Shown here one piece after another: positions 20,985 through 30,898 of a stretch of 64,000 nucleotides of DNA. Positions within the stretch are counted from its first letter, which is position 1; each line of letters opens with the position of its first letter. A program made the translations under genes and the position numbers. Source of the DNA: Candidatus Micrarchaeota archaeon (lineage in GTDB: Archaea > B1Sed10-29 > B47-G15); contig QMVG01000002.1 in the NCBI GenBank assembly GCA_003660975.1, forward strand, positions 53,850-117,849, read 5' to 3'. A model generated the notes under the pieces. That model did no database searches. It saw nothing but the letters and a program-made list of their open reading frames with translations, and was not told the origin of the DNA.

Positions 20985-21884
20985 TCAAACGCTCAACTTC
21001 ATAAAATCTTCAGCAACTTCTGTGTTTCTGAATATCTGCTTTGCCTCCTTTTTTAGTATCTTAACATCCTCATAACGGGGGCTGAAATGAGTTAGAATTA
21101 GTTGCTTTACTTCTGCCTCTTTCGCAATCCTAGCTGCATCCCTTGCTGTCATATGGCCATAATCATGTGCCTTTTCTTTTATAACATCGCTAAAGGTGGC
21201 CTCCATTATAAGCAGGTCAGAACCCCTTACATAATCTACAATTTTTTTAGAGGGATTGGCATCCATTACTATAGATATCTTCCGTAGGTGCTTTTCCTTT
21301 ACGAGCACATCCTCAGGTTTTATTACTTTGCCCCTGAACCTTATGCTTTTTCCCTCTTTTAACTGTCTGCAAAGCGGATTGTTTAGCAACCCCAGTTTCT
21401 TGAGTTTCTTTTTGTCCAGATTCGGCTCTTTTTTTTCTTCAAACACAAAAGCATAGCAAGGACAAGTGTGCTCAACGCTGAAAGCAGTTACTGAGTAGTC
21501 CTTGTTCTCAAAAATAACTCCGTCCTTTTTTATCTGGTGGACAATTACTTTATAGGAAGGCTCAAAGTAATCCCAATTTACATAAAAATTAACGTGCCTT
21601 CTTATGCCAGATGGACCAAATATGTGCAGCTCTCCATCTCTCTTCATCAAGCTTAGGGATTGGATTAGACCTCCAAGACCAAGCACGTGGTCTGCGTGCA
21701 GATGACTTATAAAGATGTTTTGAACTTTGTAAGGGCTTATTCCAGCTATTGCTAACTGTCTTTGTGTCCCTTCCCCACAATCGAACAGCATTGAGTTTCC
21801 TCTAAACTTTAGGTGAATACTGGGGTGGTTTCTGCTTTTTGTTGGAAGGGAAGCTGAGGTCCCAAGAAATGTTACTTCTATCAT
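20985..21884 (-). CDS. rnz: Ribonuclease Z
   Basis: 'FLGTS', 'DCGEGTQ', HLHADH, 'GHMT', 'LTHFSPRY'; start set at MIEVTFLG. Confidence 0.95.
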   Translation of the reverse strand: MIEVTFLGTSASLPTKSRNHPSIHLKFRGNSMLFDCGEGTQRQLAIAGISPYKVQNIFISHLHADHVLGLGGLIQSLSLMKRDGELHIFGPSGIRRHVNFYVNWDYFEPSYKVIVHQIKKDGVIFENKDYSVTAFSVEHTCPCYAFVFEEKKEPNLDKKKLKKLGLLNNPLCRQLKEGKSIRFRGKVIKPEDVLVKEKHLRKISIVMDANPSKKIVDYVRGSDLLIMEATFSDVIKEKAHDYGHMTARDAARIAKEAEVKQLILTHFSPRYEDVKILKKEAKQIFRNTEVAEDFMKLSV

Positions 21885-21936
21885 AATTTTATTGAGTACT
21901 AACAACTTTTTATATCCAATATGTATATTTTTAAAT

Positions 21937-23283
21937 ATGTTTGATTTTTCTCCTTCCATACTTAATGCAGACGTTGATTATATTGAATTTCGGGCTTCTA
22001 AGATCTTGTCAAACAGCATATCTGTTAAAAATGCAAGGCTTGAGAAAGTTAGCAGTGATACTGCAGAGGACTTTTGTTTTAGGGTTATGGTAGATGGAGC
22101 ATGGGGCATGGCCTCAAGCAATCGCTTTGATAAGATAGATAAAATTAAGAAGGAAGCCATAAAGATGGCAAAGCTTGCTAAGAAAAGAACCTTGGAGTCT
22201 TTCCTAAGCGAGGAGAAAACGCATACGGACAGTGTGGAAGCTAAAGTAAAGGTTAAGAACGAGGACATTCCAATAGACAGAAAAATCAAAGACTTAATTG
22301 AAATGAACAAAGAGATGAAAATAGACAAAAGAATAGTGAATTACTCCCTGCAGTTGTCTGAGCTTAAAACTGAAAAATACTTTATTAATTCTGAATCAAC
22401 AGAGATTTTTTTAAAGCAACAGGACACTTTGCTCTCTTTTTCCTCATACGCAAAGGCAGGCATTTTGCAATCCAGCCACGATGTTTTTGGGGCTCAGAAA
22501 GGATATGAGTTAGTCAAAGAGAATTGGGGTAAGGGAAGAAGGAATGCAGAGAAAAGCATATCTCTGTTGTATGCCAAGAGAATAAAGCCAGGTTCTTATG
22601 ATGTGGTGTTAGATGGAAAGATGGCAGGTGTCTTAGCCCATGAGGCAGTGGGCCATGCGAGTGAAGCAGACGCCGTGTTAACTGGAGAGTCATGTTTTTC
22701 CGGAAAACTAGGAAAGCGCCTGGCCTCCGAGCTTGTGAGCATTGTTGATAATCCAAGGTTGAAATATCAATATGGCTCTTACCCTTATGATGATGAGGGG
22801 GTTAAAAGCAGTAAGACCTCTATAATTGAGAAAGGGATATTAAAGACATATCTTCACTCAAGAGAAACAGCATACAAGTTAAATAGCAAGTCCACAGCCA
22901 ACGCTAGAGCGCAGCACACCAATAGATTTCAATTAGTTAGGATGAGCAACACTTATTTTGATGTTGGTGATTTTAGTAGAGATGAAATTTTTGATTTAAA
23001 GCACGGCATATATCTGGAGGGCAGCAGTGGAGGCGTTGTTGATGTCAGTACAGGTGATTTTCAGTTCGCAGCAGAGTTGGGCAAGACAATAAAGAATGGT
23101 GAAGAAACAGGGCTACTGAGAGACGTGGTTATACATGGAAACATTCTTAAGGTTTTGCAAAAAGTTGACGCTCTTGGAAAGAAAATATACCTGAATCCTG
23201 GAATTTGTGGAAAGGGTTCACAGCTGGTGAGGGTTAGCAGTGGCGGGCCACTTGTAAGAATCAGAGGTGTTAATCTTGCATGA
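21937..23283 (+). CDS. tldD: TldD family metalloprotease
   Basis: 'HEAVGHASEAD', 'YDDEG', 'RMSNTY', 'CGKGSQ'. Confidence 0.92.
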   Translation: MFDFSPSILNADVDYIEFRASKILSNSISVKNARLEKVSSDTAEDFCFRVMVDGAWGMASSNRFDKIDKIKKEAIKMAKLAKKRTLESFLSEEKTHTDSVEAKVKVKNEDIPIDRKIKDLIEMNKEMKIDKRIVNYSLQLSELKTEKYFINSESTEIFLKQQDTLLSFSSYAKAGILQSSHDVFGAQKGYELVKENWGKGRRNAEKSISLLYAKRIKPGSYDVVLDGKMAGVLAHEAVGHASEADAVLTGESCFSGKLGKRLASELVSIVDNPRLKYQYGSYPYDDEGVKSSKTSIIEKGILKTYLHSRETAYKLNSKSTANARAQHTNRFQLVRMSNTYFDVGDFSRDEIFDLKHGIYLEGSSGGVVDVSTGDFQFAAELGKTIKNGEETGLLRDVVIHGNILKVLQKVDALGKKIYLNPGICGKGSQLVRVSSGGPLVRIRGVNLA

Positions 23284-24526
23284 GCTCATAGAGAGAGCTT
23301 TAAAATATGTGGATGAGGTAGAGATTTCCAGAGCAAGGACTAGTTCAAAGGAATTTAAGATGCTTCTTAACAGCTTTGAGGTTTTTGAAGCAGGCAGTTA
23401 TGAAGCTTTCACTCTCAGAATCATAAACAAAGGTCACATTGGTTTTTCTTATTTTGAAAAAGCTGAGCAGTTCAGCGAAGCCCTTCGCAGAGCAATAAAA
23501 CTTTCAAAATTTTCAAAGAAAATAAACCCACACTTTCCAGAAAGGCAAAGGTATAGAAAGGTGAAGGTTTATCACAACTCCTTAGAGAAGGCAGATGAGC
23601 ATTTTGTGGAAAGCCTCTCTGACGCTGTTTCTGTTTTTGACAAAGGTCCTGTTAGGCACATACAGTCAAGATTATCGCTGTCCTTTTCTGAAAATGAGAT
23701 CGTTAATTCCAATGGTCTGGAGATGAAAAGAAAAGAGTCCTTGCTGTCTTTCTTAAGCTCTGCCAATTCAAAAGGAATGACTCTCTATGATGTAAAGTCA
23801 TCAAGAAAACTTTTTGACATGAGGGCTTTTTCAAAAGAAGTCAGAAAGAGGACAATGATTATGCGGAATGCGAAAAAGCTTGTTGGGGATTTTAACCTTA
23901 TATTGTCAGCAGACGTTATTGAAACGCTATTTGATTATTTTCTCTTGCCTGCTGTAAACGGCAAGGCCGTATTTGAGAATAGAAGCCCATTAGCAGGGCA
24001 GCTTGGCCGTAAGATAGCTTCTGAATCTCTGAATCTTATTGAAGAGCCGCTTATTGATTACAGGCCTTCCTCTTCTTTTGCAGATGATGAAGGTGTTCCT
24101 TGCAAAAGAAAATTTTTGATTAAGGAAGGGCTGCTTAATACATTTCTTTTCAATATTGAAACAGCTGCAGAAACTTCGGAGAAAACGACAGGAAACGGCT
24201 TTAAGTATAAGTTCTCGAAACCACCGGGCATAGGGCTAACTAATCTCCTATGCGAAAGCAATGAAGTTCAAGATATTCCAAGTAAGGCAGTTTTGATAAA
24301 AAGCATTATGGGTTTGCACAATGCTAATCGAAGCAGTGGTGATTTCTCAATACAATTACGAGAAGCATACATTTTAAATAAAGGCGAAATTGGAAGGGGA
24401 GTGATTTCATCAGAATGGAGAGGCAATTTTTTTGACATTCTGAAGCAAGTTAATCTTGTTGAAATGTATGAAGTGGGAAGTTATTACCAAGGACCTCTGT
24501 GGCAAATAAAAGGCAAACTGCTATAA
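23267..24526 (+). CDS. TldE/PmbA family protein (divergent)
   Basis: 'DDEGVP', 'TTGN', 'GLHNANRSSGDFS'; follows tldD. Confidence 0.82.
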   Translation: MLILHELIERALKYVDEVEISRARTSSKEFKMLLNSFEVFEAGSYEAFTLRIINKGHIGFSYFEKAEQFSEALRRAIKLSKFSKKINPHFPERQRYRKVKVYHNSLEKADEHFVESLSDAVSVFDKGPVRHIQSRLSLSFSENEIVNSNGLEMKRKESLLSFLSSANSKGMTLYDVKSSRKLFDMRAFSKEVRKRTMIMRNAKKLVGDFNLILSADVIETLFDYFLLPAVNGKAVFENRSPLAGQLGRKIASESLNLIEEPLIDYRPSSSFADDEGVPCKRKFLIKEGLLNTFLFNIETAAETSEKTTGNGFKYKFSKPPGIGLTNLLCESNEVQDIPSKAVLIKSIMGLHNANRSSGDFSIQLREAYILNKGEIGRGVISSEWRGNFFDILKQVNLVEMYEVGSYYQGPLWQIKGKLL

Positions 24527-24583
24527 TTGTATACACAATACTGAGATAATCAAAAAACAAAATTAGAAAAAATGAAGAAGAAG

Positions 24584-24817
24584 TTACTTCTTTCTCTTTG
24601 TTGTCTTCCTTTTTGTTGTTGTCTTCTTCCTTGTAGTTTTCTTCTTAGTAGTCTTCTTTTTTGTTGTCTTTCTCTTTGTTGTCTTCCTTTTTGTTGTTGT
24701 CTTCTTCCTTGTAGTTTTCTTCTTAGTAGTCTTCTTTTTTGTTGTCTTCTTCTTAGTAGTCCTCTTCTTCACAGTTTTTTTCTTTCTCGTAGTCTTCTTT
24801 TTAGTTACCATCCTCAT
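24584..24817 (-). CDS. Lys/Thr/Arg repeat protein, histone H1-like (Hc2-type)
   Basis: Made only of M,V,K,R,T; (K/R)3TT pentapeptide repeats; purine-rich RBS-like sequence; start may be 24811. Confidence 0.75.
   Translation of the reverse strand: MRMVTKKKTTRKKKTVKKRTTKKKTTKKKTTKKKTTRKKTTTKRKTTKRKTTKKKTTKKKTTRKKTTTKRKTTKRKK
24590..24745. repeat. Perfect 78-bp tandem duplication inside the H1-like gene
   Basis: 24590-24667 is identical to 24668-24745; underlying 15-bp degenerate periodicity. Confidence 0.9.
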
Positions 24818-24872
24818 CCCTCATAAAGATTTATATTTTCTGCTAATCATTAAGCATTTAAAAAACTTTCGT

Positions 24873-25745
24873 TTAGATTTTTTTCTTAGCTGTTTTGTCA
24901 ACACTTATCTTATGTATATACCTCTTAAGAGACCTGTGAACTCTGCTTTCAAATATCTCTCCATCTACATCATCTATATTTAACCTCTTGTTGTAAACAA
25001 AAACAACATGCCCCTTTCTATTCACCATCTCTGTTAGCATTCCTATTATCTTGCCTTCAAAGTCACACTCATTTTTTATTTTGCTTCCTCTTCCATACGG
25101 CAAATCGCTCACAACTGCATCTGCTTTTACAGTGCTTTCAAAAGCATTGCACACAAAAACATCTGCCTTTATACCTAAGTGCCTTAAGTTTATGTTTGCA
25201 GCTTCCACCATTTTTTCACTTACATCGCTGCCGATAACTTTCATTCCCATAAGACCTGCTTCGATAAGTATAGAACCAGTGCCACAAAAGGGGTCATAAA
25301 CTGTTTCCCCTTCTCTTACTTCTGCCATGTTTAGCAGCAATCTGGAAAACTCTGCCTTCATTGTTACATGGCTTTTCATCTGGTATTCTCTTTTTATCTT
25401 TCTAAAACGCCAAAGTTCCTTACCAAAAATTACGCTGTCACCCACCTTTTCTGCTCTGACAATGTTTTCTGGAGAACTTAGGTTGACCTTTCCTTTTAGA
25501 AACTTAGGCAACTCAAGTTCTAAGTCTCTCTTTGCCTCAATTCTATACTGGCCGAGATAATCATCATAATTGTTTAACTCTGCAACGTAATGCGAAAGCA
25601 CCAATCTGGAAAATGGAAATGCTTTGTCTATTATCACAATTCCGTTTTCATCATAATGTTTAATAATTTCAACTTCGTAAGTTTTACATAGAGATTTTAT
25701 TTCTTCAAATGCAAGAGGTAACCTTTTCAACTTTATGAAGAACAT
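24873..25745 (-). CDS. Trm11/TrmG10-like tRNA methyltransferase (UPF0020)
   Basis: 'DPFCGTGSILIEA', 'SDLPYG', 'VHRSLKRYI'. Confidence 0.82.
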   Translation of the reverse strand: MFFIKLKRLPLAFEEIKSLCKTYEVEIIKHYDENGIVIIDKAFPFSRLVLSHYVAELNNYDDYLGQYRIEAKRDLELELPKFLKGKVNLSSPENIVRAEKVGDSVIFGKELWRFRKIKREYQMKSHVTMKAEFSRLLLNMAEVREGETVYDPFCGTGSILIEAGLMGMKVIGSDVSEKMVEAANINLRHLGIKADVFVCNAFESTVKADAVVSDLPYGRGSKIKNECDFEGKIIGMLTEMVNRKGHVVFVYNKRLNIDDVDGEIFESRVHRSLKRYIHKISVDKTAKKKI

Positions 25746-25754
25746 GTGATTATA

Positions 25755-27671
25755 ATGGTGGAGAAATTACTTAAAAGCAACTTCAAGACAACTGAGGAAC
25801 TGGAAGTTCCAAAAAGATTGGTAGACCAGATAATCGGTCAGGACACTGGAGTTGAATTAATAAAAAAAGCAGCTAAGCAAAAGAGGAATATATTGCTGCT
25901 CGGTGAACCAGGCACAGGCAAGTCAATGCTTGCCCAAGCAATGGCAGAGCTTTTGCCAACTGAAAATCTTGAGGATTTTCTTGTATACCCAAATAAAGAC
26001 GATCCCAACAATCCTAAGGTTAAAACAGTGCCTGCAGGCACTGGTCGAAAAATAGTGGAGGAAGAGAAAAAAAAGCTTATGAGGGAACAGGCGCCAGTGC
26101 CTGATGTAAAGAATGCGCCTGCCCTGTTTATGGCCCTAAATCTGGTATTTATTCTGGGAATAGCAGCTGCCATATACTTTAAGATTGTATCAGATGTTAT
26201 CCTGGCTGCTTTTATCATATTGGGCGGATTGGGAATGTTTGGCCTTATGTTTGCCTCCTCATTGGTTACTGGTTTGAAGACATTTAGGTTAGGTGGCTCT
26301 GCAGAGCAGATGGCACCAAAATTGCTAATAGATAATTCAAACAAAAAAATAGCGCCTTTCGTTGAAGCTACCGGGGCCAGAGCAGGGGCTTTACTAGGGG
26401 ATGTGAGGCATGACCCTTATCAATCAGGAGGCTTGGGCACCCCTGCCCATTTGAGGATAGAGCCAGGAATGATTCACAAGGCGCATAAAGGAGTGCTGTT
26501 TATTGATGAGATATCTACGCTTTCCCCCAAGAGCCAGCAGGAGTTGTTGACAGCCCTACAGGAGAAGAAATATGCCATTACTGGGCAATCAGAGTTGTCT
26601 TCAGGGGCTATGGTCAGAACAAACCCTGTACCATGTGATTTTATTCTTGTAGCTTCAGGTAATTTGATGGACCTCCAGCATATGCACCCTGCTTTGAGGT
26701 CTAGGATAAGAGGATATGGCTACGAGATATATCTCAACGAAACGATGCCTGACACGCTTGAAAACAGGGAACTTCTCGCAAGGTTTGTTGCCCAGGAAGT
26801 CAAAAAGGATGGAAGAATCCCGCACTTTACAAGGGAAGCAGTGACTGAGATTATAAGAGAGGCAAAAAGAAGAGCAAGCATGAAAAACAGGTTGACATTG
26901 AAGCTGCGGGATCTGGGAGGTCTTGTTAGGGCAGCTGGCGACATAGCTAGGTCAGAGGGCGCTGATTACGTGAGCAAGGAACATGTTTTAAAAGCAAAGA
27001 AGTTTGCTAGGACTCTGGAGCAGCAGCTGGCGGATAGGCAGATTCATCTGAAAAAGGAATACGAGTTGATAAACGTAAAAGGCTATGCTGTCGGAAAGGT
27101 GAATGGCTTAGCGGTAATAGGCGAGGGAGGAATCCTGCTTCCGATAGAAGCAGAGGTTGCCCCTGCTCAAAGTGAAAGAGAAGGGAAGATAATAGCTACA
27201 GGAAAGCTTGGAGAAATAGCCAAAGAGGCAGTACAGAATGTTTCTGCTGTTTTCAAGAAATACAAAGGCACAGACATAAGCTCTCTTGATGTTCACATAC
27301 AGTTCTTGCAGACCTATGAAGGTGTTGAAGGTGATTCTGCCAGTGTAAGTGTGGCAACTGCTGTTATAAGTGCCCTTGAAAGGATTCCAGTGAAGCAGGA
27401 TGTGGCTATGACCGGCAGCCTGTCTGTTAAGGGCGAGGTTTTGCCTGTCGGAGGCATAACAGCCAAAGTAGAGGCAGCAATTGATGCTGGCATTAAGCAA
27501 ATTATAATTCCGTCTGCCAATAAAGATGATTTAGCAATAGACCCAAAGCGATTGAGAAAAATAAAGATAACAACTGCAGACAATATCTGTGACGTGTTAA
27601 AAATAGCTCTGAAGGAAGGCAAGAAAAAAAGGCAGTTGATTTCCAAGATAAAGAAAATAATATCAGAGTAA
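25755..27671 (+). CDS. lonB: Archaeal membrane-bound Lon protease LonB
   Basis: GEPGTGKS, TM insertion in the AAA domain, 'GVEGDSAS', 'PVGGITAKVEAA'. Confidence 0.96.
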   Translation: MVEKLLKSNFKTTEELEVPKRLVDQIIGQDTGVELIKKAAKQKRNILLLGEPGTGKSMLAQAMAELLPTENLEDFLVYPNKDDPNNPKVKTVPAGTGRKIVEEEKKKLMREQAPVPDVKNAPALFMALNLVFILGIAAAIYFKIVSDVILAAFIILGGLGMFGLMFASSLVTGLKTFRLGGSAEQMAPKLLIDNSNKKIAPFVEATGARAGALLGDVRHDPYQSGGLGTPAHLRIEPGMIHKAHKGVLFIDEISTLSPKSQQELLTALQEKKYAITGQSELSSGAMVRTNPVPCDFILVASGNLMDLQHMHPALRSRIRGYGYEIYLNETMPDTLENRELLARFVAQEVKKDGRIPHFTREAVTEIIREAKRRASMKNRLTLKLRDLGGLVRAAGDIARSEGADYVSKEHVLKAKKFARTLEQQLADRQIHLKKEYELINVKGYAVGKVNGLAVIGEGGILLPIEAEVAPAQSEREGKIIATGKLGEIAKEAVQNVSAVFKKYKGTDISSLDVHIQFLQTYEGVEGDSASVSVATAVISALERIPVKQDVAMTGSLSVKGEVLPVGGITAKVEAAIDAGIKQIIIPSANKDDLAIDPKRLRKIKITTADNICDVLKIALKEGKKKRQLISKIKKIISE

Positions 27672-28886
27672 TCAAAATCTCTTTCTTATTATTATGTAAT
27701 CTTTGACGAGAACCACATCTTTTAGTGGGAGGCTTATAGGAGCATCTTTTCCCTTTATTGTCAGCCGTTGCTTTTCCTTGTTTATGTTAAAAGCAGTGCC
27801 AACAATTTCCCCATGTTGGTCGTATACCTCCATGCCTTTTTTTATCCTCATCACTATAAAGCGCTTTATATAGAAGTTCCTTACGACTGCAAGACCTATT
27901 ATGGTGCCTATGAAGATTGCAAACAAGTACATTATGAACAAGTCAGCAGGTATCTTACCTACAATCAATTCAGCAGTGGATGTAACAACCATCCACATAG
28001 AAACAACAGTTACCGAGGATAGCAAGTACTTCTTTATCTTGTGGGGTTCGTTTCTGTAATACATATCGCCAATCCTGCCCAAGATAAACAGCAGTAGGCC
28101 CATTGTGAAAAGGAACATGAAGCCTTCAACAAATGTAGCTGTCTTTACAACGACATCCCGGCTTTCAGCAGTCCCCATCTGCTGAGCTCCTGCCCAAAAG
28201 CTCAGGAGAATCATTATCAGTGAAGCAATGTAAAGAGGAAAACTGGCCCTCTCAACACTTGTTGTTTCCCTAAATGAGTGGATTAGGTTTATTATAGGCT
28301 CTTCAAAACCAAAACCTTTCAACAACAGGTAAAGACCAATAACGAATATGATTATCTTCATTCCCATCTCTTCCAGGAAGGAGAGTGTTAGCAGAATTAT
28401 TCCTGGAAGCCCAAAGATTAACCTTGCAAAATTTGGGTCTTTCAATACTTCCTTTAACACATAATAGCTTTTCTCAAGCTGTTGAGCTTGCTTGACCAAA
28501 AGCACACGTTTAGAAATTATCTTGACCCTTGACTGGATTATTGGTATTAGCTCATCATCGTCTGCCCCGTCTGTGACAAGTATCACACCTTCAATATCAG
28601 CAAACTTTTTCAGCACTTTATCCAGCTGTTTCAGCACTTCCCTGTCTGCCCTATAGCCTCTATTCCTATCTCCAGTTATAGTTACCACTTCAACAGCATC
28701 TTTATTGCTCTTTTTTATCCTTACTGCTTCAAAAATTGTGTTGCCATCTGCCTCTCCAGGGTCTGCCATAAGCAGTGCATTTGCAGCCTTTATGTTTTTT
28801 TCCTCCCCTATTACTGGCCCTTTTATTTTTGCCTTTCTCCCTAAATCATCATCTCTATCCACACAGAGGACAAGGACTTTTCCCAT
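27672..28886 (-). CDS. DUF373 membrane protein with C-terminal PRC-barrel-like domain
   Basis: 'LVLCVDRDDDLG', 'TDGADDE', 'LEKSYY'; C-terminus 'GMEVYDQHGEIVG...LPLKDVVLVKDYIII'. Confidence 0.82.
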   Translation of the reverse strand: MGKVLVLCVDRDDDLGRKAKIKGPVIGEEKNIKAANALLMADPGEADGNTIFEAVRIKKSNKDAVEVVTITGDRNRGYRADREVLKQLDKVLKKFADIEGVILVTDGADDDELIPIIQSRVKIISKRVLLVKQAQQLEKSYYVLKEVLKDPNFARLIFGLPGIILLTLSFLEEMGMKIIIFVIGLYLLLKGFGFEEPIINLIHSFRETTSVERASFPLYIASLIMILLSFWAGAQQMGTAESRDVVVKTATFVEGFMFLFTMGLLLFILGRIGDMYYRNEPHKIKKYLLSSVTVVSMWMVVTSTAELIVGKIPADLFIMYLFAIFIGTIIGLAVVRNFYIKRFIVMRIKKGMEVYDQHGEIVGTAFNINKEKQRLTIKGKDAPISLPLKDVVLVKDYIIIRKRF

Positions 28887-28982
28887 GAGTTTTTTATAGT
28901 GTTTAACAGTTTAAAAACATAGTGTAATGACACCACAGCATTTAAGTATTATAATTGCATTAAAGTTAGTGAAGGTGTCCAA

Positions 28983-29996
28983 ATGGATGAATCCCAAAAG
29001 CAGGTGGTAATTTTCGTTACTCTTATAGTTTTTATGGTAGTTGCCTTTGGAATCCTGTGGTTCTTTAATATGTTAAATATAACTGCCATTCTGTTAATAA
29101 TATTCTTTGTTCTCTTTGTTACCTGGACCCAGGCCCCAAACTACTTTGCCCAGCTTCAGGAATATGAAAGAGCTGTCGTTTTTAGGATGGGCAAGTTTAA
29201 GAAGGAAGCAGGCCCTGGCTGGCTTTTTGTTATCCCTTATATTGAATCATTTAGACGTGTTGACTTGCGGGTGAAAACCATAGACATACCTGTGCAAGAA
29301 GTGGTAACCCACGATAACATAAAGTTGAAGATAGACGCGATTATCTACCTTCGGGTTAAGAGTGCCACAAAGGCCGTGCTAAATGTGAGAGATTATGAGA
29401 AAGCAGCTGTGAGCTTCACCCAGGCAAGACTAAGGGATGTTGTTGGCAAGATGAAGTTAGCAGATGTGATATCAAATGTAGATGTGATTAACAAACACTT
29501 AAAGGCAGGACTTCAAGAGGTTGCTGATGATTGGGGGATTTCTGTTGAGAATATTGAAATTCAATCAATAACATTGCCAAAAGGAGTCCAGGAAGCTATG
29601 CACCAATTGAAAGAGGCAGAGCAGAAAAAATTAGCAGCCAAGGAGTTGGCAGAAGGAACTAAGATAAAGATAAATGCTTTACAGGAAGCTGCAGGCAAGC
29701 TAACTGACCCAACACTTAACTACCTTTACCTCCAATCGCTTCAAAAGATTGCTGAAGGAAAGTCAAGCAAGATTATATTCCCTATGGAGCTATCCAAATT
29801 GGCAGAAAACATATCTCATAGGTTTGGAGGAGATTACGAAAAAGCACAGGAAAAGGCACTTGCTGATTATAGAGAATTGGTAAAAGATGGCGCAAAGAAA
29901 GAAACCATTTTGGAAGCACTTAGAAAGGGAAAGCTATCTAAAAAAAGCAAGAAAAGGAGCAAGAAAAGCAATGATTTCTTGGATATGAGTTCATAA
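28983..29996 (+). CDS. SPFH/band 7 (stomatin-like) protein
   Basis: 'EYERAVVFRMG', 'VDLRVKTIDIPVQEVVTHDN', 'IIFPME'. Confidence 0.92.
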   Translation: MDESQKQVVIFVTLIVFMVVAFGILWFFNMLNITAILLIIFFVLFVTWTQAPNYFAQLQEYERAVVFRMGKFKKEAGPGWLFVIPYIESFRRVDLRVKTIDIPVQEVVTHDNIKLKIDAIIYLRVKSATKAVLNVRDYEKAAVSFTQARLRDVVGKMKLADVISNVDVINKHLKAGLQEVADDWGISVENIEIQSITLPKGVQEAMHQLKEAEQKKLAAKELAEGTKIKINALQEAAGKLTDPTLNYLYLQSLQKIAEGKSSKIIFPMELSKLAENISHRFGGDYEKAQEKALADYRELVKDGAKKETILEALRKGKLSKKSKKRSKKSNDFLDMSS

Positions 29997-30827
29997 GTAA
30001 ACTTCTATCAAAGCTCCGATAAATATCATTATCACAGATATTGAAGAATAAAAACCAACATCTTCAATTATAGGTTTGTAATGCTCCCAACTTTTGTATC
30101 TTTCCTGAATCAATGCCGCGCTCAGTATTCCCCCAGCCACTGCACCAAAGAAGTAAGCCCCTATCTCAAATATGCCATGGGGGAGAAGGGTTAATAATGT
30201 CAAAGGCAGAGCAACAACATAGTTCAAGATTGGATTGCCGAGATGTGACAAACCAAAGGCAGAGGGGTTTTGAGAGATTTTTCCTATTAGAGTGCCAATA
30301 AGAGTTGCATTCCAGCTTATTAGAAAAACAGCTCCTGCGCCGAGTACAAATGAGAAAACAATAGCAAGCCCAAGCACTATTAGGTTGTTTTCAAATATCT
30401 CCACAAAGCTCAGGCTTTTTGTGGCCATACCAGAGGCAGCGCTTTTTTGGATAACATGCGCATTTTCCAATTCCTTTAATTGGTCAGTAAATATTTTTTC
30501 AGCCACAGTTGGGTTTAAGCTGTAAAAAAATGAAGAAGCGATTATGACTGAAAGGAAAAACCACGCATACACTCTTATGATTTTTTCATGCCTTTGAAAT
30601 ATATTTCCCCTCTTTCTCTCTTCTATCTTGAAAATATGAACGAAGAAGGGCGCTGCTGCCACACTTATGAAGGCTACAACGAGATAACCTACTCCGTGTC
30701 CATAAGGAGAGGGACTGCCAACATTCCCTGCTAGCAGTATTGCCACCAAGGTGAAAATGAAGCCAGCTATGAATGCTTTCCATGGTTTTTTCTCTAATAT
30801 TTCTGGGGATACAATAGACTCAATCAT
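29991..30827 (-). CDS. Stage II sporulation protein M (DUF95)-like membrane protein
   Basis: 'IFENN', 'WNA', 'LPHGIFEI', 'GALIE'. Confidence 0.85.
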   Translation of the reverse strand: MIESIVSPEILEKKPWKAFIAGFIFTLVAILLAGNVGSPSPYGHGVGYLVVAFISVAAAPFFVHIFKIEERKRGNIFQRHEKIIRVYAWFFLSVIIASSFFYSLNPTVAEKIFTDQLKELENAHVIQKSAASGMATKSLSFVEIFENNLIVLGLAIVFSFVLGAGAVFLISWNATLIGTLIGKISQNPSAFGLSHLGNPILNYVVALPLTLLTLLPHGIFEIGAYFFGAVAGGILSAALIQERYKSWEHYKPIIEDVGFYSSISVIMIFIGALIEVYL

Positions 30828-30898
30828 CCAATTAATTAAATACCGTTTTATTTAAATATCTGCGTATTCCAAATAATAGCGCTGTTTTTGGTGAGACA

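Noticed and set aside
21937-24526. tldDE as part of a RiPP cluster
   Set aside because: No precursor, YcaO or transporter is adjacent; TldD/E pairs are widespread housekeeping proteases in archaea.
24590-24745. Repeat as a possible CRISPR array
   Set aside because: Directly tandem, no unique spacers, in-frame coding, and no cas genes.
24572-24826. Cys/Leu-rich 84-aa plus-strand ORF resembling a metallothionein or RiPP precursor next to tldDE
   Set aside because: It is the antisense shadow of the Lys/Thr repeat gene; its composition follows directly from the complement of AAG/ACA codons.
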